In this document: positions 55,201 through 63,286 of the stretch, piece by piece
How positions within the stretch are numbered: position 1 is the stretch's first letter
Layout: every line of letters begins with the position of its first letter
From: an uncultured virus (IMG/VR IMGVR_UViG_3300033406_000004)
Taxonomy: Duplodnaviria > Heunggongvirae > Uroviricota > Caudoviricetes
Virus record (IMG/VR): IMGVR_UViG_3300033406_000004
Reading direction: 5' to 3' (one strand)
Length of the DNA stretch: 64,000 nt
Translations under genes and position numbers: made by a program
The notes under the pieces: generated by a model
What the model was told of the DNA's origin: nothing
Database searches by the model: none
The model's input: only the letters and a program-made list of their open reading frames with translations

Positions 55201-57932
55201 ACCTGCTTATAATCTACATTTCCTTCCTTATCGAGTGGAAGCGTGTTTTCTTCTTGTTCAGCAGGTGTTGTTTCTGACACATTGCTTTGTTCGCCCGACT
55301 GAGTAGTCTTATTCAGCCCTACATTTTCTGATAAAATGTTATTTTCTTCATCGTTTACTGACGTATTTATGTTTTGCGGCTCTTCTTGGATATTCTCACT
55401 TTGAGCATCGGGAGCCGTCGGAGACTGACCGTTTATTGAGAGGATGTTATTCGATGGAACAACATAATCGTGCTGTCCGTCCGAAATAACGGCTTCTCCT
55501 TCCGGGGTGAATCTGGTGACTTCTCCCGTGATGCCCTCTGATGTGGTTATGCTGCTTCCAATTTCCAAGGCGGGAGCCTCCTGTGGCAGTTCTGCTTCTT
55601 CCTGCTCTACAATTTGTTGCTCTGCGTCCTGCTCGGCCTGAGAGGCCATGTCTTCAATCGGTGTGGAATCGATCAAAGAAGAGAACATTGAAGGAGGTGC
55701 CATTTTGCGTTTTCCCTCTTCATCCAGATAATAGATAACCGGGCTTGACTGCCTCTCATCAACATTGCCTTCATCATCAAATGCAAGTGTCCCGCCAACC
55801 ACATGTGTCGGCTGTTCGGAAGCTTTGGAAGAAACACGAACGATGGCGTTCATCTCAGGATTAGCAACGCCCTCTACCTGTTTTCTAGCATTCTCTTTCG
55901 CTGTCTGTATCTTGTTTGATACATGATTCAGGTAACCATCAAAATCGCTTTTGGCGGTCAAGTAGTCTTCAATCAAATCTTTGTTTTGGCTTTCCGGCAA
56001 CTTCTCGGGATGGGCCTCGTAATAATCCAACTCCTCTTGAGGGACAGATTCAACTCTCTTTTTGGCCTCTTCAAAGCCGGTGTAGATCTCCGACTTGTTA
56101 CGCTCTATGCCTTCGGGAACAGAACCTTCCTTCTCCGCTTTCTGCTCGGCTTCATTCATCCCTTCCAATTCGGTGAGGCGGCCAACAAAATTAAAGATGG
56201 CTTTCTTCTTTCCTTCATCCATGGAAGAAGAAGCGACCTTGGACAAATAGTCTTTTCTATCCTCTACGGATGCATTCTCTAGTGCTGATTTAATCTCACC
56301 GAATTGTGAGCCGTAGACATTGTTCGCTTCATCCTCCGCTTGGGAAAGCTTTCTCTCGGCTTCCAGTTTAGGCCTGCGATAACCAATCGCTTTAGAAGAA
56401 GACATGATGCCACTCATAAGGCTGACGCTAAGGAATGTTTCCACATTCTGCCCGGGATCGACAACATCCGACCACGATTGATCCCCTACTATGGCGGCAT
56501 TCATCGCATTGCCGGCTACTTCTTCGGCATACTCGCCGAATGTACCGTGAAATTGAGCGTTCTTTTCAAAATCATTCACGGTCTTCGCCCAATCCGAAGT
56601 GCTTACCTTATTAAGCATTTCACCGACTTTAGTGGCTTTTAAAGCTTTGAATGGCTTGGTAGAAGAGATAACGTCACCCACTTTGCCAATGGCCGGTGCA
56701 AAATATTCTCCCAACATTTCGGAGAAATCATTTATCGTATTGGAGGCGAAAGCTTTCCCAATCGCTTTAGGAGTTGTTTCTCCTCCCCCGGTGCCTGCGA
56801 ATTGGGCACGCCCCTCTTTATCTTGGTTAAACTTCACGTCTCCCGTTTTTCTGGCTAAGGCATCACCAGCAACATTACCTGCGTGAATCGTTGAGGACAT
56901 GCCGGCGGCTCCGACAAGATCACCCGCAGTCCTCAAAATAGCATTCTTGATTATCTGCCCCGTTGTCTTCTCCGCGGCCTCGGTTCCGAACTTACCTACG
57001 GCCGCTTTGCCTAGTCCTTGTAAGCCACCCGATAATAGGAAGTCTTTCATGTATGAAGCTGATTCAGCAGTGCCGGAACCTATCCTGTAAGGCATGCCGA
57101 TATCTTTCATGAATTTCTCATCGGATAACGCTTCTAGTGCGGCACTTTCAAGAAGAGTTTTTTCGCTATCGCTTAAAGGTTCTCCTTTCTCTTTCTTCAT
57201 GGCGGCAGAGAGCAGGGCACCATTTTCTTTCATATCACTAACCCCGAAATCCCATGTGCCAAGCTTTTTAGCTTTATCATAAAATCCTCGACCTATCTCA
57301 CTTATGGTATTGGTACCATTTGCCTTGCGTCGGGATGTATCAATGACATCCTTCACATCTTTCGCTTTATTGATAGATGCTTTGGCCGTCATAACAGGGG
57401 TGGATGATTCTATCGCATTCATCTGCCCGCCCGTTCCCTCGGAAGCCACATTGGCAAATGCGCTCAAGATAGGATGTTCGGTAGAGAACTTATTTCGTTT
57501 GTCAATCTCGCTGTTTATAGCCGCTCCGTATTGTCCCTCTGCCCGTTGCTGAATATCATTCGCCTGCGCTTCGGCTTTCTTTCTCTGTTCCTCTTCGTAA
57601 TAGTACGCCTTGGATTCAGGTTTCAGATGCTGAAAGACTGCGTAGGGCATTCCGAACACCTTCGTGTTTTTGCCTGTACCCTCAACATACTGAGAAACAT
57701 GAGGAGAAGCATCGGAGGGTTTGAAATCAGAAGCGATGGAACTATAGAACGATTTGGAATCTCCTATCTCCTCGTTATTAAAACCAGCCTTCAACAGATT
57801 GTCATGGAACTTAGCCGCACTGGCTTCATCCTTTATCGCACTTTTAAACTGATCCCGGGTGCCTATCTCTGATTCGCTAACCTTGCCTGATTTGACAAGG
57901 TTATCATATAATTTATCTCTATTGTCTTGCAT
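49251..57932 (-). CDS. Giant polyvalent/ejected virion protein (InPase, zincin-like MPTase, LPD38-like C-terminus)
   Basis: PSEAQKEAGNYKMGH...IENPKGS.R...YGY..GT.G.DGD.IDVF...DEHKVM.GF; HEIAGHKGLR...EEYLA; VNFNRKG...FFLNAGIQG...LPDY.R..N...IPLPIE. Confidence 0.85.
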   Translation of the reverse strand: MQDNRDKLYDNLVKSGKVSESEIGTRDQFKSAIKDEASAAKFHDNLLKAGFNNEEIGDSKSFYSSIASDFKPSDASPHVSQYVEGTGKNTKVFGMPYAVFQHLKPESKAYYYEEEQRKKAEAQANDIQQRAEGQYGAAINSEIDKRNKFSTEHPILSAFANVASEGTGGQMNAIESSTPVMTAKASINKAKDVKDVIDTSRRKANGTNTISEIGRGFYDKAKKLGTWDFGVSDMKENGALLSAAMKKEKGEPLSDSEKTLLESAALEALSDEKFMKDIGMPYRIGSGTAESASYMKDFLLSGGLQGLGKAAVGKFGTEAAEKTTGQIIKNAILRTAGDLVGAAGMSSTIHAGNVAGDALARKTGDVKFNQDKEGRAQFAGTGGGETTPKAIGKAFASNTINDFSEMLGEYFAPAIGKVGDVISSTKPFKALKATKVGEMLNKVSTSDWAKTVNDFEKNAQFHGTFGEYAEEVAGNAMNAAIVGDQSWSDVVDPGQNVETFLSVSLMSGIMSSSKAIGYRRPKLEAERKLSQAEDEANNVYGSQFGEIKSALENASVEDRKDYLSKVASSSMDEGKKKAIFNFVGRLTELEGMNEAEQKAEKEGSVPEGIERNKSEIYTGFEEAKKRVESVPQEELDYYEAHPEKLPESQNKDLIEDYLTAKSDFDGYLNHVSNKIQTAKENARKQVEGVANPEMNAIVRVSSKASEQPTHVVGGTLAFDDEGNVDERQSSPVIYYLDEEGKRKMAPPSMFSSLIDSTPIEDMASQAEQDAEQQIVEQEEAELPQEAPALEIGSSITTSEGITGEVTRFTPEGEAVISDGQHDYVVPSNNILSINGQSPTAPDAQSENIQEEPQNINTSVNDEENNILSENVGLNKTTQSGEQSNVSETTPAEQEENTLPLDKEGNVDYKQVSDPAVYAKALKKEFGEDALSIVEEDIANQQKQLSHAEKKGNAIEKARTKKRINQELSRLESIKSLLSPQKENEAPHDIATDEEYADWAADNSDDPIELAGAYGVAKEQSSHENILLPWQRELLGRKMNTNSFNRFGDRNKINGTFAKAWLRKDGEELDTLAQELSGFGNEVTENEIVDFMLSNPTNYVRTTSDLQKKLSGRFSEIASAEMGFSVGGPESNTGKLYLEYKKANHMIETEAQKKAFSDAVESDMIPAYERQTQSYIDFLDDEQMQALSSMRDEFEAAEYAEMLYEGMSIDEINEIYSQLNKEEDGQGEDSGDNDASKDGERLEGEQERNRTDGSEESDREAESENREDEIVSPLPQESNEDKSEKPNFVAPEIKTDESILDYASRIVKAKELSDEEQKVDANPSEAQKEAGNYKMGHVKIGGYDVTIENPKGSERKGIDNSGTPWSIKMNNSYGYFRGTKGKDGDHIDVFLGENLNPETVYVVDQVNPDGSFDEHKVMYGFNSEQEARDAYLANYEKGWTGLGNITGVSKDVFDKWLSTDTKKEKPFADYRKIEAAAITTDQESNSNAPLFRETDELEEIKDKAVADGSFMKAPNGKDSNLNDNTDIRYRGSETTMDNVANRVYRLSASFGRNINGRKPDFKYSQESGKSEYTPNSFVTDFELEASTLINTLNALKEDATDAAKEYIQGFIDRLNDQTEYYKKLDKNGGVSNQDYKALYHRSADSLNDLLRDLTSKPESKEQEAISKSVSELSDKLNTPVRLIKDMNEITDDNASLQLRKKTSKGWFDPKTGEIVIVLPNATSVADAQRTMLHEIAGHKGLRGLFGDKFDDTIDDIFKSLPDDIKKHVSEQAISKYNYDIATATEEYLAEQAESGTDPSIWNKVISAIKELFRKAGIELEMSDNDIKYLLWRSRNNLENGTIEERIDKKMRDLDIRDKLFREIPDEEKKPPVIDSNTLSKENIGDQIKIAEEAVELTDEEKKDFSAKLRNDRFREGWQDRMLPLRRFQELVSGHTGRKIEEFCDAYTNENTIASRSTYEIEQFKNDYLKPLVNAVVKLGDAELVKSYMKAKHGIERNLHMRNAAIERKQKQMDEHVLGIANGLQQDLMSLRSKKGTTQADIDKFQKKIDQTVETAKKAAIKNLSNYAIKQQSVDYAGLTGLQHRLFKQEETDPLLEDEIVLFIEEFEEDHDSKDVESLWNSVRRANTFSLNKQLSSGCIDKATKKQISEMYKYYIPLRAWSEETAGDFYDYFFKDENDVVNNPLMKANGRKSESGDPLASIASMAESAVFIGNKNEMKQHLLSLVRNYPTNMATIAPVWYRNNGDVWQEVVPELTGNREEDLDTLERFNQQMEELEKSGLAKKVTKGLSLDVPIKKWQADQHAIKVKENGKDLVIYINGDPRVAQAVNGLNNVKPFDNKLVKTQGDIKRFMTQNFTTRNPAFVLSNLSRDMIYAMTMNGIREDASYNFAFIKAIPEASSTITRYLTGKEGDGKYDKYFDEFLSNGGETGFVALTSYEQYKKEIKREIDKANGTGKMSDAFHVIAKGLSGCNRWAEDMSRFSAYIASREEGRSIVRSVKDAKELSVNFNRKGSGAGGNWLADMSYFFLNAGIQGMYNFSHTFKNYPVRTSIAMGSWMMLGAMMPLMYNILSGGDDDYDKLPDYIRQNNIVIPFFGEDNFVTIPLPIELRAFFGVGDILSQFVGGKYNDRNVGADVLGKLLDASPRNFIEGSDKGENGLVGAAFVNLTPDAIKPFVDAYITNRSFTGRPIVKKNEYNTYIPEYRKVYKGTSQMLVKSSQALNSMTGGDFATKGWADSPLLNPGAVEHLFFSYMGGVGKTILQTVKSTVGPLVGEDVALKDIPVVNRFGYQFDPAMPNSVVNERYQKYVKLLEESQSRDREYKRGLRQGFDLGDSYIEKKSDEEERRMMIVKAYKNQIDDIASLLQLADEGSSDKIKNEIADMKFKMLDELDQMDKK

Positions 57933-57934
57933 AA

Positions 57935-59047
57935 CTAAGGAAGTAAAGAGGGTTTGTTGTTATTCGGCAAAAGGCTTGCAGATTTTGCGGCTTTTGGAGT
58001 TGGAGCGCCTCCTCCGACCAGTTGATTGAACTCTCCTGTGAGTTGGGGAAAGTCGGCTATGCGACGCTTTACAATAGAGATGATCTTGGTCGCCTGATCT
58101 CCGCCTTCACCCATTTTCATATTGATATCATCCAGTGTTCCGTATTTCTGGGGATTCTTCTCCGACTCTTCTTTCATCCTATTGTAGAGAGACAAAAGGG
58201 CACCATTCTTACTCTTGGGATAATCTACGGTTGTGCGTTTACCGTCGGATCCGGTAAGCGTAATAGAATCCATGCCGGTGGAGGAATTACCTTTGCTCGC
58301 ATTCGTGGCCGCATTCTGTTGAGCGGCCTGAGCGGACATGCGTTGAGATTGAGCGTTGTAACCCGCCGTGCTCTCCGATTTCTTATTATGCCTTGCCGTC
58401 TCCATAAGAACCTTGTCGGCATGTTCCTGACTGATTTTATGATTGCGGACCTGTTCCTGCAGAGCGTCATACTTATACTTCATCTCTTCACCAAACTGTC
58501 CGTTCTGTATATCAAGCTTATACTTGTCAAGCGATTGCTTTTGCTTTAGTTGGTCTTCGGCACGCTTTAGCTCAAAGTCTTTGTATTGAGAGCTGAGAAC
58601 TTTGTTCTGATAATCAATATTCTCATTTCGTTTCATATCTTGCAAGCTCTGAATCCGCTCATTGGCTTTTGCCGTTTGACTTTGCATGGGAGAAAAAGCC
58701 CGTGCGCCCCTGCTAAGGGCCATTCCTTGTGCGAAGATGTTAGCCATGTCACCTATGAGGGCGGCACTACGATTTCTTCTGAGACGTTTTTCTTCATCGT
58801 CAAAATTTGGCCTGTTCCAGTTCTTAAGGACATTATAATATCCCTCGCTGCTAACTCTGTCTGAAACAGAAGGAACATTCTTTTCTTGAGGTACTTCGTC
58901 TTGGGGTGGGACTTGCTCAACAGGCTGCTGAGTTGTCTGAACTTCATCAACAGGCTGTGTAACCGGAACTGCCGGATCTGCAGAATCTGCTATAGCAGGT
59001 TGCTTGGCGGTTTTCTCTGTAGGATATAAGTATTCAGTCAGTCTCAT
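57935..59047 (-). CDS. Putative ejection (internal virion) protein
   Basis: Helical, Q/K/A-rich, ETARHN motif; upstream of the giant protein. Confidence 0.6.
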   Translation of the reverse strand: MRLTEYLYPTEKTAKQPAIADSADPAVPVTQPVDEVQTTQQPVEQVPPQDEVPQEKNVPSVSDRVSSEGYYNVLKNWNRPNFDDEEKRLRRNRSAALIGDMANIFAQGMALSRGARAFSPMQSQTAKANERIQSLQDMKRNENIDYQNKVLSSQYKDFELKRAEDQLKQKQSLDKYKLDIQNGQFGEEMKYKYDALQEQVRNHKISQEHADKVLMETARHNKKSESTAGYNAQSQRMSAQAAQQNAATNASKGNSSTGMDSITLTGSDGKRTTVDYPKSKNGALLSLYNRMKEESEKNPQKYGTLDDINMKMGEGGDQATKIISIVKRRIADFPQLTGEFNQLVGGGAPTPKAAKSASLLPNNNKPSLLP

Positions 59048-59604
59048 GCTAAGTTGTTTTTCTTAATTGTGTCGTTAACTGTAGGAGCACTGGAGGCTCC
59101 ACTCTTACCCCAATTTACTCCCTGAAGGGCCTGACCGATTAATCCCATACTATTAGAGCCAACCTGTGAAGCACCGTTTTCACCGGCTGCCGATTGAGCT
59201 ATTTTCTGACTCATTACATTTTGCTGATTCTGATTATTCACGGCATCAACCTGCTCTTTTTTCTCGTCCCCTCTGGCGGCCAGTCCGGCAACGGTGTCAC
59301 TCATCAGTTTCTGATCGTTCGCCTGCTGGGCCAGAACGCCTTCTTGTGTGCCTCCTGTTACGGCTGCCGTAGCCTGAGCTTCCTGATTACGTCTGCGCAT
59401 TGTATCCTCGACTCTCTTTATGGCAGCCTTTGAACCGGTAGAATCTAAATAATCCTGATAGTAATTACGCTCATACCAGGCATTGTTTTTCGCCTCTTGC
59501 TGCTTTAGCAAATTCTTTTGCTCTTTAGCAGCATCTGCCGATTTAAACATCCCGTAAATTCCGTTGGCCAGACCGACACCGGCTCCAATTGCACTTAATA
59601 ACAT
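59044..59604 (-). CDS. Putative ejection/pilot protein (P22 gp7-like)
   Basis: Gly/Ala-rich hydrophobic N-terminus AIGAGVGLANGIYG followed by a Q/A-rich coil. Confidence 0.65.
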   Translation of the reverse strand: MLLSAIGAGVGLANGIYGMFKSADAAKEQKNLLKQQEAKNNAWYERNYYQDYLDSTGSKAAIKRVEDTMRRRNQEAQATAAVTGGTQEGVLAQQANDQKLMSDTVAGLAARGDEKKEQVDAVNNQNQQNVMSQKIAQSAAGENGASQVGSNSMGLIGQALQGVNWGKSGASSAPTVNDTIKKNNLA

Positions 59605-59633
59605 ATCTATAAGTTTTAATTAATTTCTATGGG

Positions 59634-59690
59634 CAAACTTAGATATGGGAGAGAAGTTAAAGGTTTCAGAATTACAAAATAGAGTTGTTG
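59634..59690 (-). promoter_or_regulatory. Putative late promoter of the ejection-protein operon
   Basis: Minus strand CAACAACT(59683-59690), CTGAAACC(59662-59669)-N20-TAAGTTTG(59634-59641). Confidence 0.55.
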
Positions 59691-59777
59691 TTTTACCACT
59701 ATTTATTACAGGCTTACTACTTGCTTACTATTTCTTTATAGTTTTGTAGATCAACAACTTACGGAAAATTAGTGATT

Positions 59778-60263
59778 ATGAAAAAAGTCAAACAATATAA
59801 TGCACCTGCGACCGGGACGAGAAGAAAATATAGCATGGAAGAGAAAGTGGAAATTCTTCGCGTGCTCAAAGACAATTCGTACGACTACAAAAAGACGAGC
59901 GTTCAGACGGGATGCAATTATGGCACGCTGAAAATGTGGTATGTGAAGTACAAAGACAACTTGGCCAATCTGAATGCCGTCGATATGATTGCGGAGAAAA
60001 CAGAGCTCAATTTATCAAAGGCGAAAGTAAGATTCATCGAAAGACATTATAACCAGTTAAGCCAACTGGCGGAAACATCAATAGGCAGGGCATTGGAATT
60101 GCTCAAAGACGAGAAAGACCTGAATAAGGTTAACGACACGATTAAGATAGTGACGGATTACTTCGCCAAGCTATCCACCAATGAAGAGCAGAAAGAGACG
60201 GGGAACAGCCTTATACAACAAACCATCATAGCACTGAACTCTTTTAATAAGTCCGAGCAATAA
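59778..60263 (+). CDS. HTH protein, candidate terminase small subunit or regulator
   Basis: RRKYSMEEKVEILR...KTSVQTGCNYGTLKMW HTH followed by a helical region. Confidence 0.55.
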   Translation: MKKVKQYNAPATGTRRKYSMEEKVEILRVLKDNSYDYKKTSVQTGCNYGTLKMWYVKYKDNLANLNAVDMIAEKTELNLSKAKVRFIERHYNQLSQLAETSIGRALELLKDEKDLNKVNDTIKIVTDYFAKLSTNEEQKETGNSLIQQTIIALNSFNKSEQ

Positions 60264-60283
60264 TATCCTCACCGCATATTTAT

Positions 60284-60310
60284 AAAAAAGGCTGCTTATC
60301 AGGCAGCCTT
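60284..60310. terminator. Terminator after integrase
   Basis: AAAAAAGGCTGC-ttatcag-GCAGCCTT. Confidence 0.75.
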
Positions 60311-60316
60311 CAATGT

Positions 60317-61525
60317 TTAGTAATTCACTACCGCCAGATCAAAATCTCCCGGAGAATTGGTATAATCAATAACTCGGCAAATTGCCGCATCGGCCTGTCT
60401 TTGCATGATACGCACATAATTGTAAATTGGGCGGTTCTCTTTCATCGACTGGCCTATACAATATTCAATGATCTCCGTCTTTATTCCAAGGTCGAAAGCA
60501 AACTGAGAGAAAGTCTTTCTTCCGGAGTAAAAAGAGAACTCTGTTTCAATGCCTACCACTTTGGCCAGATTCTTCAAACACCTGTTTAAATAGCGTTGGA
60601 AGTTTGAATACGAGAAATTATACCCGAAATCCAACTTCCCGTTTCTCTTTAGGTATTTCTTGATAATTGGTTTGGCTTCATCCGGAATAGAAAAGGTTAT
60701 CGACTTATCTCCCTGCTTATTCAAGTTCGTTTTTTGCCGGACATACTTTATCGTGTCACCGCTGAAATCCACCTGAACGATATCGGCCAGATTCATTCCG
60801 CCAAGATAGAAAGAGAGCAGAAACAAATCTTTTGCGAGGGACAAACGTTTGTGTTTGGTCTCGAGCGTGCGGATTCGGTTAAACTCCTCTATTGTTATAT
60901 CCAACTGCTTGATGTTGGACCTTGGCATTTTGGTATATGCGAAAGGATGGACCTCGTATTTAACCATACCGTCACGTATGGCCTCGTTGATACTGGCTTT
61001 CAGATGAGTCAGGCGCATTTGCTTGGTTGCGTTGCTCAAGTTACTCATACCCCTGACAAACTTATCAATGGTTCCGGGAGAGAAACTTTGAAGGGTTATG
61101 TCACCAATGATATTAAGTATCTTGGTGAGGGTGTAGACATTCATATCCGCATAACTCCCCCTGCCCTCTTTCCGCAATCTCTCAATGCGTTGTTCCATCC
61201 ATTCTTTGATGGTGGTCAACTGCTCTATCCGATGTTTGCCTTCGAGTATTTCTTTTATCTGTGCGCTATTGTATACATACTGATCAGGAATGCCCTCAAG
61301 CTTCTCCTGATATTCCGAAAGAACATACTTTAGACGCAGATTCATCGTGTTTGCGTCTTTGCGACAGATAACCTTGCCATTTTCAAATTGGTATAGACCA
61401 TCAATCACATAATCCGTTTTAATGTAACGGATGTCATTGCGGGTTTGCATAACCGCAATATAAATAGGATACTTTTTTTCTAAAGTTCGTCTTGATCTTA
61501 AGACTGATAAATAAATTGTTGCCAT
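60317..61525 (-). CDS. int: Tyrosine recombinase (phage integrase)
   Basis: Arm-binding N-terminus, SAM-like middle, LFLLSFYLGGMN..D, Y.RQKT, FYSGRKTF, IEYCIGQ, YNY; adjacent to att. Confidence 0.92.
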   Translation of the reverse strand: MATIYLSVLRSRRTLEKKYPIYIAVMQTRNDIRYIKTDYVIDGLYQFENGKVICRKDANTMNLRLKYVLSEYQEKLEGIPDQYVYNSAQIKEILEGKHRIEQLTTIKEWMEQRIERLRKEGRGSYADMNVYTLTKILNIIGDITLQSFSPGTIDKFVRGMSNLSNATKQMRLTHLKASINEAIRDGMVKYEVHPFAYTKMPRSNIKQLDITIEEFNRIRTLETKHKRLSLAKDLFLLSFYLGGMNLADIVQVDFSGDTIKYVRQKTNLNKQGDKSITFSIPDEAKPIIKKYLKRNGKLDFGYNFSYSNFQRYLNRCLKNLAKVVGIETEFSFYSGRKTFSQFAFDLGIKTEIIEYCIGQSMKENRPIYNYVRIMQRQADAAICRVIDYTNSPGDFDLAVVNY

Positions 61526-61667
61526 AATTTAAAATGTTCAGCGACAAGCACAGCGACAAGCAGATTTGCTCATGTACGGGTAAGTTTGCCGTTTTTTTTA
61601 AATATCACAACATTTTCCGAGAAAGGAAAAGAGCCGTAAATCGTTGATTTACAGCTCGTTACAAAAG

Positions 61668-61741
<74 letters not shown>

Positions 61742-61831
61742 GGCCTTAAATGCGGTGCAAAGGTAGTGCTTTTTATCATATTTCAAAATGATTCTATCAC
61801 TTTTTTCATTTGCATATCCTGCTAATAGGGG

Positions 61832-63286
61832 CTATAGTCCTAAGGGTAAACCAGTTATATACCAAATAAAAAGAAGAAGTATCCATGCCAAAAGAATGTA
61901 AACAGAGTATCGCCAAGTGTATTTCAGCAAAGATCCGTAAGTGATTTGTCGTTCGTAATGCTGCATGTAGGTAAGCACCAAAGGCATGTAAAACAGAAAA
62001 GGAGTAAGAGCGTTGGTTGAACTGTCACCTACTCGATAAGCACACTGCGTTAGTTCGGGGGCTATGCCCAGTTGCTGAAATACAGGAACAAAAATAAAAG
62101 CCATAAAAGTCCATTTGGTGGTGGATGATACCATAATAAGATTGATCACAGCTGTGAACAAGATAAATAGAAGAAGAATGCCCATGTTGCTTATATTAAG
62201 CGATAAGAGAAGATCTGCACCACCAATAGCCAGACACTTATCTAAATGAGAATATTCCAGGCAAGCAAACATTTGGGCTGCAAAAAAAGCGATCACCAGA
62301 TAAATGCCTAACATTTGCATCGGCTGCGTTAAACCATCGATGACATCAACATCACTACGATAACGCCCGGAAGCGAAACCATAAACCATCCCCATAAGTC
62401 CTACACCAAAGGATATAAGGAATAGAATGCCCATAATGAAAGGAGAACGAATGAGTCCACCATTTACCCCACGTAGTATGCCCCAAGGAGAAAAAGTAGC
62501 CAGAAGAATTGCGACTAAATAGAGCGTGCCTATCAGAAAAGAAATAACAAGTGCTCTGCGTTCTTTATGCGAGAGTTGTTTATACCCTTCAGGAGTTACT
62601 TCACCGTGATAGCTTCCCAAAGCAGGAAGTAAATTCCTACGCGTTATAAAATAAATGATGCCAGCAATGAGGAAAGTGGAAACGAACATAAAGTAATAGT
62701 TGGACAGGGGACCAACATTCCCACTGAAAGGCGAAAGGTTTAAAGCTGCATCTTGTGTAGTAGATGCTATCAGAGGATCAAGTGTGGTAAGCACCAAGTT
62801 AGCACTATAACCACAAGCCACAGAAACATAAGCAGTAATGATACCGGCTATGGGGTGAAGTCCCACGGAATGGAAAAGTGTTGCTGCTATAGGTAACAAA
62901 ATAATATATCCCGCATCACCCACTACATTAGAAAGCACTCCCAAAAAGATAACCCAAAGAATGATGCGACGAGGATTACGGTGTTTCTTTAATCCGCGAC
63001 GAATGCAAGCTCCAATGAAGCCTGAGTGTTGAGCCACTCCTACGCCAAAGAGAGCAACAATGACTAACCCCAAGGGAACAAAGCCTGTGAAATTTGTGAC
63101 TACACTACGTAGCAACCAACGGATACTTTCGGGACTAAGCAGGCTTTGCACACGAATTTCACGTCCTGTCTGAGGATGAACAACGTTCAGCCCATAGATA
63201 TCAAATATCCACGAGAGGAACACGATGACCATCGTAAGCAGGAAAAACATCGTGGCGGGGTGAGGCATGTGCCATCTATTCTTCAT
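61832..63286 (-). CDS. abgT: AbgT-family p-aminobenzoyl-glutamate transporter (host)
   Basis: MPHPA, NFTGF.PLG, HPIAG, GYSAN, YRVGDSSTN motifs; multi-TM. Confidence 0.9.
   Translation of the reverse strand: MKNRWHMPHPATMFFLLTMVIVFLSWIFDIYGLNVVHPQTGREIRVQSLLSPESIRWLLRSVVTNFTGFVPLGLVIVALFGVGVAQHSGFIGACIRRGLKKHRNPRRIILWVIFLGVLSNVVGDAGYIILLPIAATLFHSVGLHPIAGIITAYVSVACGYSANLVLTTLDPLIASTTQDAALNLSPFSGNVGPLSNYYFMFVSTFLIAGIIYFITRRNLLPALGSYHGEVTPEGYKQLSHKERRALVISFLIGTLYLVAILLATFSPWGILRGVNGGLIRSPFIMGILFLISFGVGLMGMVYGFASGRYRSDVDVIDGLTQPMQMLGIYLVIAFFAAQMFACLEYSHLDKCLAIGGADLLLSLNISNMGILLLFILFTAVINLIMVSSTTKWTFMAFIFVPVFQQLGIAPELTQCAYRVGDSSTNALTPFLFYMPLVLTYMQHYERQITYGSLLKYTWRYSVYILLAWILLLFIWYITGLPLGL

Noticed and set aside
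49251..57932. Tape-measure protein or virion RNA polymerase
   Set aside because: No tail tube/sheath genes or tape-measure repeats recognised; no DxDGD-type polymerase motif in an RNAP context
59772..60263. IS3-type transposase OrfA
   Set aside because: No OrfB/DDE gene or inverted repeats adjacent
49374..61333. Many short opposite-strand ORFs in the track
   Set aside because: Shadows of long, well-supported genes with no recognisable motifs
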